DNA of 63,653 nt, counting the filler, from Actinomycetota bacterium (GTDB lineage Bacteria; Actinomycetota; Acidimicrobiia; IMCC26256; VFJJ01): the NCBI GenBank assembly GCA_009886115.1. It is 8 parts of 8 records of this genome, joined end to end, with 100 filler letters (N's around TTAATTAATTAA, not from the genome) between each part and the next. Parts side by side here need not be neighbours in the genome. Positions count along the whole stretch, not along the records: positions 5,449 to 22,520 come from VFJJ01000143.1; 7 more parts are not named here. One strand, written 5' to 3'. The notes below the pieces were generated by a model that was given only the letters and a program-made list of their open reading frames with translations, was not told where the DNA came from and did not search any database. Made by a program: the position numbers and the translations under genes. Shown one piece after another: positions 11,563 to 21,335 of the stretch; positions within the stretch are counted from its first letter, which is position 1, and every line of letters begins with the position of its first letter.

Positions 11563-14049
11563 GTGAGCATGCATGCGCTCGACGGGCTGCGAGTCGTCGA
11601 TCTGTCACCGACGCGGGTGGGCGCCCAGATCAGCCAGCTCTTCGCCGATCACGGTGCCGATGTCGTGTGGATCGAGCCACCAGGCGGGTCGGCCTTGCGG
11701 CACCAGACGGCATTCCCGTTCTGGGCCAGGGGAAAGCGCAGCGTCGTGGTCGACCTCACCACACCGCAGGGTCAGCAGGCCGTGCGCGACCTCGCAGCGA
11801 GCGCCGACGTGCTCGTCGACACGTTCCGGCCGGGTGTGCTCGACGGTAGAGGGCTCGGTTTCGACGCGCTCTCGGCGGCCAACCCCCGGCTGGTGTACAC
11901 GTCGGTCACGGGCTTCGGTCGCGTCGGGCCCTACGCCGACCTGCAGGGCTACGAGGGGCTCGTCGCGGCCAAGCTCGGGTTCTTCCAGGCTTTCGGCGGC
12001 ATGACCCCCGGCCCGCGGCCGCCGTTCGTGACGGTGCCGTGGTGCTCGTTCTCGGCATCACAGATCGCGTTGCACGGCATCCTGGCAGCGTTGCTCGAAC
12101 GTGAGGCGAGCGGTCTCGGTCAGCATGTCGAGACCAGCCTGGCCCAGGCCGTCACCGCCCTCGACACCTGGTCGTGGTTCGAGTACCTCATCGAGACGAA
12201 ATGGCCCGGGGCGTACCCGCGGGTCGCCAACTTCGACGACGACGGCGTTCCGACGGGGGCCTTCCCGTACTTCCTCCTCGTGGCCCTCACGAGCGACGGC
12301 CAGTGGCTGCAGTTCGCGCAGGTTGCCCCCCATCTGTTCGTCGCCCTCATGAAGGCCCTCGGGCTGGCCGGGATGCTCACCGATCCCGAGTGGGTCGGCA
12401 TCCCCATGTTCGACGACGTCGCCCGCCGGTCGGCCATGTGGTCGTTGATGCTCGAGGCGGCCAACAAGAGGACGCTCGCCGAGTGGCGGGCCATCTTCGA
12501 CGCCGACCCCAACGTCTTCGCCGAGATCTTCCGGGCCGGACCCGCGGCGCTCGAGCACCCGCAGCTCGTGTTCGACGCCATGGTGCTCGACCTGGTCGAT
12601 GCCGAGCGGGGCCCCGTCCGCCAGCCCGGTCCGCTCGTGCACCTCGCGAAGACGCCCGCTGTAGTTGACCGCCCGGCTCCGACCCTCGGGGATGACGACA
12701 GGCCGGCGGGCGCACATGGCGAGACCGGCGGGGCGCCCTCGGGCCGATCGCTCCGGGACCCCTCGCCGCCGGCGGGCCTGCCCCTCGCCGGGGTGACCAT
12801 CCTCGAGCTGGCGGGCCTGTTCGCTGCGCCGCACGGAGCCACGTTGCTGACCGACCTCGGCGCCCGGGTGATCAAGGTGGAGCCGCTCGCCGGCGACCCG
12901 ATCCGCAAGATCATCCCGTTTCCCGAGTCGGGCGGGGCCAAGGTGATGCAGGGCAAGGACAGCATCTGCATCGACACCTCCACACCCGAGGGTCTGGCGC
13001 TCGTCCACGAGCTCGTGAAGACGTCCGACATCGTGGTGCAGGGATACCGCGCCGGCGTGGCCGAACGCATCGGTCTCGGGTACGAACGGCTGCGGTCGCT
13101 CAACCCCTCGCTCGTGTACCTCAACGCGCCGGGCTACGGCACGGGCGGCCCCAACGGCCATCGTCCGGCCTACGCCCCGAGCATCGGCGCCTCGGTCGGC
13201 ATCGCCCGCACCAACGTGGGCGATCAGGTCGTCGAGGAAACCGGCTTGAGCCTCGACGAGATCCGCCGAAGCTCCAAGATCCTCACGGTCGGAGCCTTGT
13301 GCGCCAACGCTCAGGCCGACGGGTTCGCCGCGCTCGGTGTCGCCACAGCCATGTTGCTCGGCCTCCTCGCTCGCGCGCGCGGCGCCGGCGGCCAGGAGAT
13401 GCTGACCACGATGCTCAACACCGGGGTCCACGCCATGTCGGCGCAGACCGTCGACTATCCGGGCAGCCCCGGCGAGCCCCGCCCCGATGGCGAGATGCGG
13501 GGCCTGTCGGCGCTGTACCAGATCTACGACGCATCCGAGGGATGGGTGTTCCTCGCCGCTCCCGCCGAGCACGAGTGGACCCGTCTGGTCGCTTCGCTGG
13601 CTCCGTACGACTCCCTCGGCTCCCTGAACTCCCTGAACTCCCTGAACTCCCTCGGCTCCGACGAGCGGTTCGCCACGGCTGGCGGTCGAGCCGGCAACGA
13701 CCGCGCTCTCAGCGAAGCGCTGGCCGCGATCTTCGTCACCCGAGGCGCAGACTCCTGGGAGCGCGATCTCCGCGACGCCGGTGTCGGCTGCGTCGCCGTC
13801 ACCACCACCAACATCGAGGCGGTCCTGTGGAGCGACGAGTTCGGTCGCGCCAGCGACTACCTGGCCGATGTCGAGCACCCCACCTTCGGCGAGCATCCTC
13901 GGATGGCACCGCTGGTGCGGTTCTCCCGATCGGCGACCCAGGCCAAGCCGGGCGTGCTCGCCGGCTCGCACACCGACGTCATCATGGCCGAGCTCGGCCA
14001 CGACACCGCGAGCATCGCCGACCTCCGGGCCCGCACGATCATCGCCTGA
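11563..14049 (+). CDS. Family III (CaiB/BaiF) CoA-transferase, two fused domains
   Basis: ALDGLRVVDL...RGKRSVVVDL and PLAGVTILELAG...LGARVIKVEP repeats; GGAG RBS. Confidence 0.9.
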   Translation: MSMHALDGLRVVDLSPTRVGAQISQLFADHGADVVWIEPPGGSALRHQTAFPFWARGKRSVVVDLTTPQGQQAVRDLAASADVLVDTFRPGVLDGRGLGFDALSAANPRLVYTSVTGFGRVGPYADLQGYEGLVAAKLGFFQAFGGMTPGPRPPFVTVPWCSFSASQIALHGILAALLEREASGLGQHVETSLAQAVTALDTWSWFEYLIETKWPGAYPRVANFDDDGVPTGAFPYFLLVALTSDGQWLQFAQVAPHLFVALMKALGLAGMLTDPEWVGIPMFDDVARRSAMWSLMLEAANKRTLAEWRAIFDADPNVFAEIFRAGPAALEHPQLVFDAMVLDLVDAERGPVRQPGPLVHLAKTPAVVDRPAPTLGDDDRPAGAHGETGGAPSGRSLRDPSPPAGLPLAGVTILELAGLFAAPHGATLLTDLGARVIKVEPLAGDPIRKIIPFPESGGAKVMQGKDSICIDTSTPEGLALVHELVKTSDIVVQGYRAGVAERIGLGYERLRSLNPSLVYLNAPGYGTGGPNGHRPAYAPSIGASVGIARTNVGDQVVEETGLSLDEIRRSSKILTVGALCANAQADGFAALGVATAMLLGLLARARGAGGQEMLTTMLNTGVHAMSAQTVDYPGSPGEPRPDGEMRGLSALYQIYDASEGWVFLAAPAEHEWTRLVASLAPYDSLGSLNSLNSLNSLGSDERFATAGGRAGNDRALSEALAAIFVTRGADSWERDLRDAGVGCVAVTTTNIEAVLWSDEFGRASDYLADVEHPTFGEHPRMAPLVRFSRSATQAKPGVLAGSHTDVIMAELGHDTASIADLRARTIIA

Positions 14050-14075
14050 TCGGCGCCGCGCCCACCCCACCCCAC

Positions 14076-14133
14076 CCCGCTTCTTTGCGGCTGCGCCGGC
14101 GCCCACAGTGGGTCTGGCCGCAAAGAACGCGGG
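14076..14133. repeat. 47-nt palindrome copy 2 (core 14081-14127), preceded by (CCCCA)n
   Basis: TTCTTTGCGGC...GCCGCAAAGAA between convergent genes; may also act as a terminator. Confidence 0.8.
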
Positions 14134-14163
14134 ATGGTCGGCCGCGCCTGAACGCCGGGTGGG

Positions 14164-14358
14164 TCAGTCGAGGATCGTGATCGCCCGCTCGGGACAGGCT
14201 GCGACCGCTCGTCCGGCTTGAGGCCGTTGGGCTTCGGTGATCTCGCCGTCGCCGCGCACCGAGCTGTGCCCCCATTCGTCGTCCTCGAACAGCTCGGGGA
14301 CGAGCGCGTAGCAGCGCCCGTGACCCGTGCAGACCCCGGAGTCGACGACGACCCTCAT
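14164..14358 (-). CDS. Ferredoxin ([3Fe-4S], P450 partner)
   Basis: CTGHGRC...ACPERAI; overlaps the P450 stop. Confidence 0.92.
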   Translation of the reverse strand: MRVVVDSGVCTGHGRCYALVPELFEDDEWGHSSVRGDGEITEAQRPQAGRAVAACPERAITILD

Positions 14359-15554
14359 GCTCCGCCGCTCGCGGGGCTCCTCACGGGGAAGGTGATGGGC
14401 AACGACGTGAGGTGCAAGGTCCCTGACGGCCAGTGGATGCGGGGCACGTACCCCTCGGCGACCGAGTACGCGGGAATCATCCGGTGCAGCTCCTCGACCA
14501 CGATGCGCAGCTCCCGCCGAGCCAGGTGCGAGCCCAGGCAGCGGTGGATGCCGCCACCGAACGACAGATGCCCGCGATCGGCCTGTGCCAGGTCGATGTC
14601 GTCGGCATTGTCGCGGTCCTCCCGGTTGGCCGACGCCAGCACGAGGAAGACGAACGACCCCGCCGGGATGGTGACGCCGCAGACTTCGACGTCGCTCAGG
14701 ACCACCCGAGGGGTGAACGGCGCCGGCAGCTCGAGGCGGAGGATCTCCTCGATCACCGGTCCGGTCAGGTCGGGATCGTCGACCACGCGCTGACGCAGCT
14801 CGCCATCACCGGCCAGTCGGGCCAGCACGAAGCCGATCACCGCCGTGACCGTGTCGAGCCCGGCCAAGGTGAACAAGAAGCACAGCCCGAGCACCTCGTC
14901 GTCGGAAAAGGCGTCGTCGCCGCTCATCGCCAGGATCGTGCTCAACACGTCGTCGCCAGGATGGGCCCGCTTGGCCACGATGAAGTCCTGCAGGTACCCG
15001 AACAGTGCAGCTCCCGCGGCGGCCGCCTCTGGCGTGGCGCCGTCACTGGCCGTAGAGCCCGGCGCCTCGACGATGGTCCGCACCCAGTCGATGAACGTGT
15101 CGCGGTCTTCGAGCGGCAGACCGAAGAGCGTGAGGAACACCTGGGTAGGAAACAGGTTCGCCAGATCCTCCATGACGTCGCACGAACCACGGTCGGCGAA
15201 CGCGCCGATGATCTCACGGACCTGACGGCGCAGCTCGGGCTCGATGGCGCCGATCACCCGGGGGGCGAACAACGGATCGAGCAATCGTCGGTAGCGCACG
15301 TGGTCGGGCGGATCGACGGCGAGCGGGATGAGCGTCACCGGAGAGCCCAGGTTGTCGAAAGCCTTGGCGGAGCTGAAGATCTCGGGATGCTGATGCGCGA
15401 AGCGCACAGCCGCGTGACTGGTGAGGAACCAGATCCCATCGCGCTGGTACACCTCTCCGGGAGCACGGAAGTAGCGCCAACCCTCGGCCCGGTCGAACGT
15501 CAACGGCGCGGCCTCGAAGAAGCCGGTGGGTTGCTCCACGGTTTCGGTACTCAT
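14355..15554 (-). CDS. Cytochrome P450 (CYP143-like)
   Basis: PLAVDPPDH, DLANLFP.Q.FL.L.GLPLEDRD, LAGLDTVT, FGGGIHRCLGSHLAR; paired with ferredoxin as mycobacterial CYP143 is. Confidence 0.92.
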   Translation of the reverse strand: MSTETVEQPTGFFEAAPLTFDRAEGWRYFRAPGEVYQRDGIWFLTSHAAVRFAHQHPEIFSSAKAFDNLGSPVTLIPLAVDPPDHVRYRRLLDPLFAPRVIGAIEPELRRQVREIIGAFADRGSCDVMEDLANLFPTQVFLTLFGLPLEDRDTFIDWVRTIVEAPGSTASDGATPEAAAAGAALFGYLQDFIVAKRAHPGDDVLSTILAMSGDDAFSDDEVLGLCFLFTLAGLDTVTAVIGFVLARLAGDGELRQRVVDDPDLTGPVIEEILRLELPAPFTPRVVLSDVEVCGVTIPAGSFVFLVLASANREDRDNADDIDLAQADRGHLSFGGGIHRCLGSHLARRELRIVVEELHRMIPAYSVAEGYVPRIHWPSGTLHLTSLPITFPVRSPASGGA

Positions 15555-15655
15555 GGTGCTCCTCAATTCCCTTCGGATTCCGAGACGGGCGCGCCGCCGC
15601 CGGGCGACAACCGCTCGCCACACTTGCCGATGGCGCCCCCGTTGGACGAAGCGAC

Positions 15656-16282
15656 TCAGCGTGTTCGAGTCGGGGATCGTCGGACTCGAGCCTCCGGCCC
15701 GGGCTTGCGGGTCGATGGACCTTGGAGCTCGAGCGCAATGCCGTTCAGGAGGGTCCGCAACCCGGTCTCGAAGTAGTCCAGTGCCCTCGCGGTCACAGCC
15801 AACGCTTCGCCCCCACCGGTGACCCCGGCGAACGTGAGCCCGCACACATAGAAGAACAGCGCCGCCCGGGCCTCGTCGATCTGGGGGCCCGTGAAGCCCG
15901 CGCTGGTGAGGCTGATGAGGACCTGATCGATGATCATCACCGGGGCCATGGCCTCGAGATCCCTGAGCATCTCGGCGGCCATGCCCGGGTACGTCGTGAC
16001 CTCCCGGGCAAAGCTCGACAACACCACGTGGATCTGGTCGGACCATGATGTGATGGACGGGTCGGGAAGCTCGACGTCGGCGTAGATGGTCTGGGCCACC
16101 AGCGCCAGCAACGCCTTGCGGTTGGGGACGTGGTGATACGTCGCGCCGAGCGCGACGCCCAGGTCGTCCGACAGTCGGCGCATCGAGAGGCCCGCTACGC
16201 CCGACGTGCGAATGATGGCCCGAGCGGCCGCGACGATGGCGGCCTCGCTCAGGCCGTCTGCCCGCCCGCCGACTGGCTTCAT
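15656..16282 (-). CDS. TetR/AcrR family regulator (TetR_C type)
   Basis: GLSMRRLSDDLGVALGATYHHVPNRKALL. Confidence 0.88.
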   Translation of the reverse strand: MKPVGGRADGLSEAAIVAAARAIIRTSGVAGLSMRRLSDDLGVALGATYHHVPNRKALLALVAQTIYADVELPDPSITSWSDQIHVVLSSFAREVTTYPGMAAEMLRDLEAMAPVMIIDQVLISLTSAGFTGPQIDEARAALFFYVCGLTFAGVTGGGEALAVTARALDYFETGLRTLLNGIALELQGPSTRKPGPEARVRRSPTRTR

Positions 16283-16358
16283 CGCCGTTGCCACCTTGGT
16301 CTCCCTGACGTGTGTGCGGATCGGGTCGTGGTTCGCGGCTGGGTGCCGGGCCCGGTGC

Positions 16359-18434
16359 TCAGGCGACGACGACGCGAGCGGAGTCGAGGTTCGCCAACTG
16401 GCAGAAGACCGCCTCGGGATCGCCGTCGCGATGCGACCACACCCGGGCCGTTGCGTAGAACGTACCCGGCATGGCGTAGGTGTGGGTGGTCGTGGCATCC
16501 AGCGTGGCCGAGCTCCCGTCGAGCTTCTGGTCGCTGGGATAGGTGCCCGACCCGTCGAAGTCCCATTCGATCCGGGTGAAGCGTCCAGCCCCGGGCGGCA
16601 CCTCGGCCCGGACGGACAGGGTGACCGTGTCGCCGGCCTTCACCTCGACCCGACCGGCCCCGTTGGCGCTGACGTGCACGACGGGTTGGATGCCGCCTCT
16701 CGTCGCGGCGTCAGCGGGCAGGAGCACCTGACCGTCGACGAAGTCGAACGTGGTTGCTGCCGGCTCGACGCCATCCTCGACCCACGAGATGAGATCCCAC
16801 AGGCTCTGCTCGATTGCCGGCATGTAGTCGATGAGCCAGGTGGTCACCGCCCGGTCGGGACCCGACGGCAACACCATCGGCGTGATGTGCTCGGCGTTCT
16901 GGGTCCAGCGCAGGCGGAAGCGCTCATGGGCCCCTTCGACGCCCCGGACCTGCTCGACGGCGGTCTTGTAGACGAGGCCCTGGGGCGGCCACAGCGACGC
17001 GTCGTGGGTGTGGTGCACCCACAGCAGCTTGCCCTCGTACTGACCGGAGTACGACACGCCCATGAGCGGCGACTGGAGGGGCACCGGATGCTGGGGGTAG
17101 ATGTGGCGCCCGGCCGGCCGGAGGAAGTCGAACTGCGGATCCTCCATGACGTGGTGGCGGTAGTAGTAGCAGAAAGCCAGGAACGCCAAGTTGTTCACGT
17201 GCACCATGTCGCCCGGCTCGACGCCGCGGAAGCGCTCGATGTTGGCCTCGGCACGACCGTCACAGCTGAAGATGTCGCCACCTTCATACATGGCGTAGAG
17301 CTGCCGGCCCGCCGCCGCGCCGGTCATGACCTTGACGCCCGTCCCGAGCCGGTAGCCGCCACCGATGCCCTCGATCTCGACGGCCACCGGCGCGTCGAGC
17401 GTCCCCGTGAGCATCGACATGAACAGGATGTCGCGAACGATCTTCTCGGTCCCCGGAGCCTTGAAGTCGTCGGGTCGCTCGAGGAGATCCTGGCCCCTGA
17501 TGACCCGCTTGACGGGCAGGGTGACGTCGATGAGGTCGCGCCTGACGACCTCGGGCTGGTCGTGGCCGACGTACCCGGGCCTGGTCCAGAACGCCTCGAA
17601 GTACTCGGGTCCTTCCTCCTGCAGGAGATCGGCGATGGACGTCCACAGCCACATCTGGCCCATGGGCGAGGCGATCATGGGCTCGTCGCCCACGGGATAT
17701 CCCTGGCGGTACAGGTTCGCCAGCTCCTCGCGTTGGTGGGTGTCGAGCCCGGCGTAGGGATCACCCGAGCCGCCCGGGGCCATGGCGTCGATGACGTCGG
17801 CGATCTTGGGGCCCAGCAGGCGCTGCACGTTGAACATCGAAGCGAACGACATGACCTGGGCGCCCCGGATGCGCTTGGTGGTGCCGTGCTCGGCGATCTC
17901 ACCGCCGCCCATGAACGGCAGCGCGCCGTCGTACACGCCGGCGCCGTACTCGAGGCACAGCGGCGAACGCCGACCGCCGCCGCTGCCGCCCCACACGTAG
18001 GAGTGGTGCGGCGCCTGGCCGTAGACCTGGGCGGCGACGTGCTTCGAGAAGCGGGCCGTCTCCACGCTGGCCCGGTGGCCGTAGATGGTGGGATCGTCGC
18101 CGCCCTTGGGGTCGACGTCGTCGCCGATGTGACCGGAGTTCGACTCGATCATGTAGCCGCCCAAGCGGGTGAGCATCTTGAGGCCGCCGATGAGCTCGCC
18201 CATCCCGCCTCCGAAGGCCTCCTCGTGGCCGGCGTGAGCCCCCTCGAGCGGGTGGAACATGCGACCCGCCCACTGCTCGACCGGCGGGAAGTAGAACGTG
18301 AACCGGGTGTCGGTACCGGCGAAGCCGCCGTGGACGTTCCGGTGCGGAGCGGGAACGTCGCGCTCCTCGTCGCGGTCGATGTAGGGCTGGCCGAAGAACC
18401 CGTCAACGACGACGTACGACTCGACTTCGATCAT
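16359..18434 (-). CDS. Uncharacterised tannase-like alpha/beta-hydrolase with C-terminal PKD-like domain
   Basis: HGGFAGTDTRFTFYFP, SYVWGGSGGG elbow, EWDFDGSGTYP and HTYAMPGTFYAT; no signal peptide. Confidence 0.65.
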   Translation of the reverse strand: MIEVESYVVVDGFFGQPYIDRDEERDVPAPHRNVHGGFAGTDTRFTFYFPPVEQWAGRMFHPLEGAHAGHEEAFGGGMGELIGGLKMLTRLGGYMIESNSGHIGDDVDPKGGDDPTIYGHRASVETARFSKHVAAQVYGQAPHHSYVWGGSGGGRRSPLCLEYGAGVYDGALPFMGGGEIAEHGTTKRIRGAQVMSFASMFNVQRLLGPKIADVIDAMAPGGSGDPYAGLDTHQREELANLYRQGYPVGDEPMIASPMGQMWLWTSIADLLQEEGPEYFEAFWTRPGYVGHDQPEVVRRDLIDVTLPVKRVIRGQDLLERPDDFKAPGTEKIVRDILFMSMLTGTLDAPVAVEIEGIGGGYRLGTGVKVMTGAAAGRQLYAMYEGGDIFSCDGRAEANIERFRGVEPGDMVHVNNLAFLAFCYYYRHHVMEDPQFDFLRPAGRHIYPQHPVPLQSPLMGVSYSGQYEGKLLWVHHTHDASLWPPQGLVYKTAVEQVRGVEGAHERFRLRWTQNAEHITPMVLPSGPDRAVTTWLIDYMPAIEQSLWDLISWVEDGVEPAATTFDFVDGQVLLPADAATRGGIQPVVHVSANGAGRVEVKAGDTVTLSVRAEVPPGAGRFTRIEWDFDGSGTYPSDQKLDGSSATLDATTTHTYAMPGTFYATARVWSHRDGDPEAVFCQLANLDSARVVVA

Positions 18435-18491
18435 GGAGATCCCTTTCAATGCGGGTGGGACGGGAGGTGACAGACGGCGGCAGAGGCTGGG

Positions 18492-21269
18492 TCACACGGC
18501 TGCTGGATCGCTGAGCACAGGGTCGCCTCGAACGTCGAGGCTGGACGACTCGCCTTCACGAAAGCGGGCCGTACCGAGGTAGGCGTCGATCACTCGGGGG
18601 TCGGACCTGATCTCGGTCGGGGTGCCCGAGGCGATCAGTTCGCCGAAGTCGAGGGCGTAGATGCGGTCGCAGGTGCGCAGCACCATGTCGACGTTGTGCT
18701 CGACGAGCAGGACGGCCACACCCCGATCGGCGGCCAGCCGACGGATCGACTCGCCCAGGCGCCGGGTCTGCACGTCGTCGAGACCCGAGGCCGGCTCGTC
18801 GAGCAGCAGCACCGACTGCCCGCCCGCCACCGCCCGTGCGACCGCCAGCATCCGTCGCTCGGCGTAGCTGAGGTTGACAACCTTCGTGTCGAGCGTGTCG
18901 TCGAAGCCGAAATCGGCGATCGCCGTGCGGGCCGCGCTCGTGAGTCGACCGATGCCGGGCTTGACGAGATCGGTCACATATGCCCCGAGGTCGCGCTCGT
19001 CGCACGCCGTCTGGATGTTCTCGAGGACGGTGAGGTCGTCGAAGAGCTCGAGCGACTGGAACGACCGTGAGAGACCGGCCCGGGCCCGTCGCTCGCGGGT
19101 GAGACCGTCGATCGGCTCGTCGCCGAGGCTGACGGACCCCTCGCTGGGGCTCACGAAGCCGGTGATGGCCTCGATCGCGGTGCTCTTGCCCGCACCGTTG
19201 GGCCCGATGAGCCCGACCACCTCGCCGGGCAGCACCTCGAGCGTGAGATCGGCGAGTGCGACCACGCCACCGAAGCGAACGGTGAGACCGTTGACGCGCA
19301 GGGCCTTGGGAGCAACGCGCTGGTCGAGCGCCACCTCGGCCCGGGCGAGCAGCATCTCGCTCACCGGCCGTCGCTGCGGCAACCGGCTGCGGATGGCTCG
19401 CAACAACGGCGCGAAGTTGCGGCGCTGCAGCTCGGCGATCCCGTCGGGGACGAACGAGAGCATCACCATCAGCCCGACCCCGCCGATGACGATGAGCACG
19501 AGCGCCGGATCACCGGGGAGATAGTCGATGACCTGCTGGCCCACGGTCCCGGGTTGGAAGCCGCTCCCCGCTGCCGGGCCCGAGAGCAGGCCGACACCGC
19601 CGATCACTGCGGCCTGCATGACGAACAGCGACGTGATCCCGCCGAAGCCGCCGAACTCGAGGATCGACTGACGGAAGGTGACGAGGATGCCGCCGACGGC
19701 GGCGATCACACCGCCGAGGGCGAAGGCGTAGAGCTTGGCCCCGACCACCGATACCCCGAGCGCAGCGGCGGCCCGCTCGTTCGTACGAACCGCGATGAGG
19801 CGCCGACCAGCACGACCGCGTCTGAGGTTGGCGATGGCGAAGCCCACGATCGTGAGGATCGCCAAGGCGAAGGTGGCATAACGCTCGGGGTGCTCGACGG
19901 GGTCGATCGACAGTCCAAGGAACGACGGGACGTCACCCTTGAACCCCAACGACCCGCCGGTGTAGTCGGGGTTGGTGAACACCACCGGCTCCATCGCGAT
20001 GGCGAACCCGAGGGTGACGATGGCCAGGTTCACGCCCCGGGTTCTGATCCCGGCCGTCCCCACGATGAGCGCCGCCGGAATGACCGCGACCATGCCCGCC
20101 AGCGCCGCGAGCTCGAGCGGCCAGCCCTTCGACGCGTTCAGCCATGCCGCGACGAGCGCGCCGATCCCGGCGAAGGCCCCCTGGGCCAGTGAGACCTGCC
20201 CGGCGTATCCGGTGATCACCACGAACGACATGAGCACGACCGCCACGATGATCTGGATCTCAAAGGCGATGAGCCAGTCCTCGGGGAACAGCACCCAGAT
20301 GCAAACGAGCGAGACGATGATGCCGAACGCGACCAGTCCGGGCGTGATCTTCCCCGAGCCGAGCGCGGGCATGCGTCCGAAGCGCTCGTCCTTGCCCACC
20401 ACCGACCGGCCTCGGCTGATGAGCACGACGGCCACGAGGATGAACGGGACCGCCGTCGGCAGCCCCGGTATCTGCCAGAAATCGTGCTTGATGAACTGGG
20501 GGCTGGTGATGAGCGCCTGGGTCACGCCGATCCCGAGCCCGGCCGCGGTCGTGATCGGAAACGACGAGAACCGTCCGACCACGGCGGCGGCGAGCACCGG
20601 GATCACGAGGAACGACACGGCCGAGGGCTGCAACGTGGTGATGGGGACCAGGAGCACGGCGGCCAACGCACCCAGCGCCGAGCCCACCGCCCAGTTGGCC
20701 GCCGCGATGGCGTTGGGCGAGATGGCCAGGGCCGCAGCGGCTCGGGGGTTCTCGGCCACCGCCGAGGTGGCCACCCCGAACGTGGTGTACCGGTAGATCG
20801 CCCAGAGGATTGCCGTGAGACCAACGGCGATCACGAAGATCCAGATGCGGTCTTCGCCGACCGAGACGCCCCCTATCTCGACGCCGTCGTTGGGCAGGAG
20901 CGACGGCACCCGCTTGGGGAACACGCCGTAGCGGATCGTCGCCACGCCCTGGAGGGTGACGAGCAGGGCCAGCGTGGCGACGACCCTCGCCAGCACCGAG
21001 GCGTCGCGCATCCGGTTCATGATCGCCAGATGGAACGCCACGCCGACCAGTGCCGAGCCCAGGAATGCCCCGACCATGGCGATCCCGGCCGGCACCCCGT
21101 GCTCGACGTGGAGCTCGAAGTACACGTAGGCGCCGACCATCCCGATCGAGAGCTGCGCGAAGTTGACCACCCCCGAGCACCGGTAGACGAGCACCACGCC
21201 GATGGCCGCCAGGGCATAGAGGCCCCCGGCCCCGATGCCCAACGCAGAGAACTGGATGAGCTCCGACAC
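18492..21269 (-). CDS. Fused branched-chain-type ABC transporter (two permeases + ATPase)
   Basis: SGVVNFAQ, GYAGQVSLAQ, GPNGAGKS, LLLDEP, EHN. Confidence 0.92.
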   Translation of the reverse strand: MSELIQFSALGIGAGGLYALAAIGVVLVYRCSGVVNFAQLSIGMVGAYVYFELHVEHGVPAGIAMVGAFLGSALVGVAFHLAIMNRMRDASVLARVVATLALLVTLQGVATIRYGVFPKRVPSLLPNDGVEIGGVSVGEDRIWIFVIAVGLTAILWAIYRYTTFGVATSAVAENPRAAAALAISPNAIAAANWAVGSALGALAAVLLVPITTLQPSAVSFLVIPVLAAAVVGRFSSFPITTAAGLGIGVTQALITSPQFIKHDFWQIPGLPTAVPFILVAVVLISRGRSVVGKDERFGRMPALGSGKITPGLVAFGIIVSLVCIWVLFPEDWLIAFEIQIIVAVVLMSFVVITGYAGQVSLAQGAFAGIGALVAAWLNASKGWPLELAALAGMVAVIPAALIVGTAGIRTRGVNLAIVTLGFAIAMEPVVFTNPDYTGGSLGFKGDVPSFLGLSIDPVEHPERYATFALAILTIVGFAIANLRRGRAGRRLIAVRTNERAAAALGVSVVGAKLYAFALGGVIAAVGGILVTFRQSILEFGGFGGITSLFVMQAAVIGGVGLLSGPAAGSGFQPGTVGQQVIDYLPGDPALVLIVIGGVGLMVMLSFVPDGIAELQRRNFAPLLRAIRSRLPQRRPVSEMLLARAEVALDQRVAPKALRVNGLTVRFGGVVALADLTLEVLPGEVVGLIGPNGAGKSTAIEAITGFVSPSEGSVSLGDEPIDGLTRERRARAGLSRSFQSLELFDDLTVLENIQTACDERDLGAYVTDLVKPGIGRLTSAARTAIADFGFDDTLDTKVVNLSYAERRMLAVARAVAGGQSVLLLDEPASGLDDVQTRRLGESIRRLAADRGVAVLLVEHNVDMVLRTCDRIYALDFGELIASGTPTEIRSDPRVIDAYLGTARFREGESSSLDVRGDPVLSDPAAV

Positions 21270-21335
21270 GGTGGTGATCTCCTGCCCGCTGCTACCTGGA
21301 GGTCCTGGTACCCACGACTGCCGCTCTCTCGGGGT

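Noticed and set aside
16206..18470. Long antisense or alternate-frame ORFs (e.g. 16206-18470+, 12058-14106-, 25118-27103+, 52972-54882-)
   Set aside because: Shadow ORFs of high-GC coding DNA opposite well-supported genes; no family motifs
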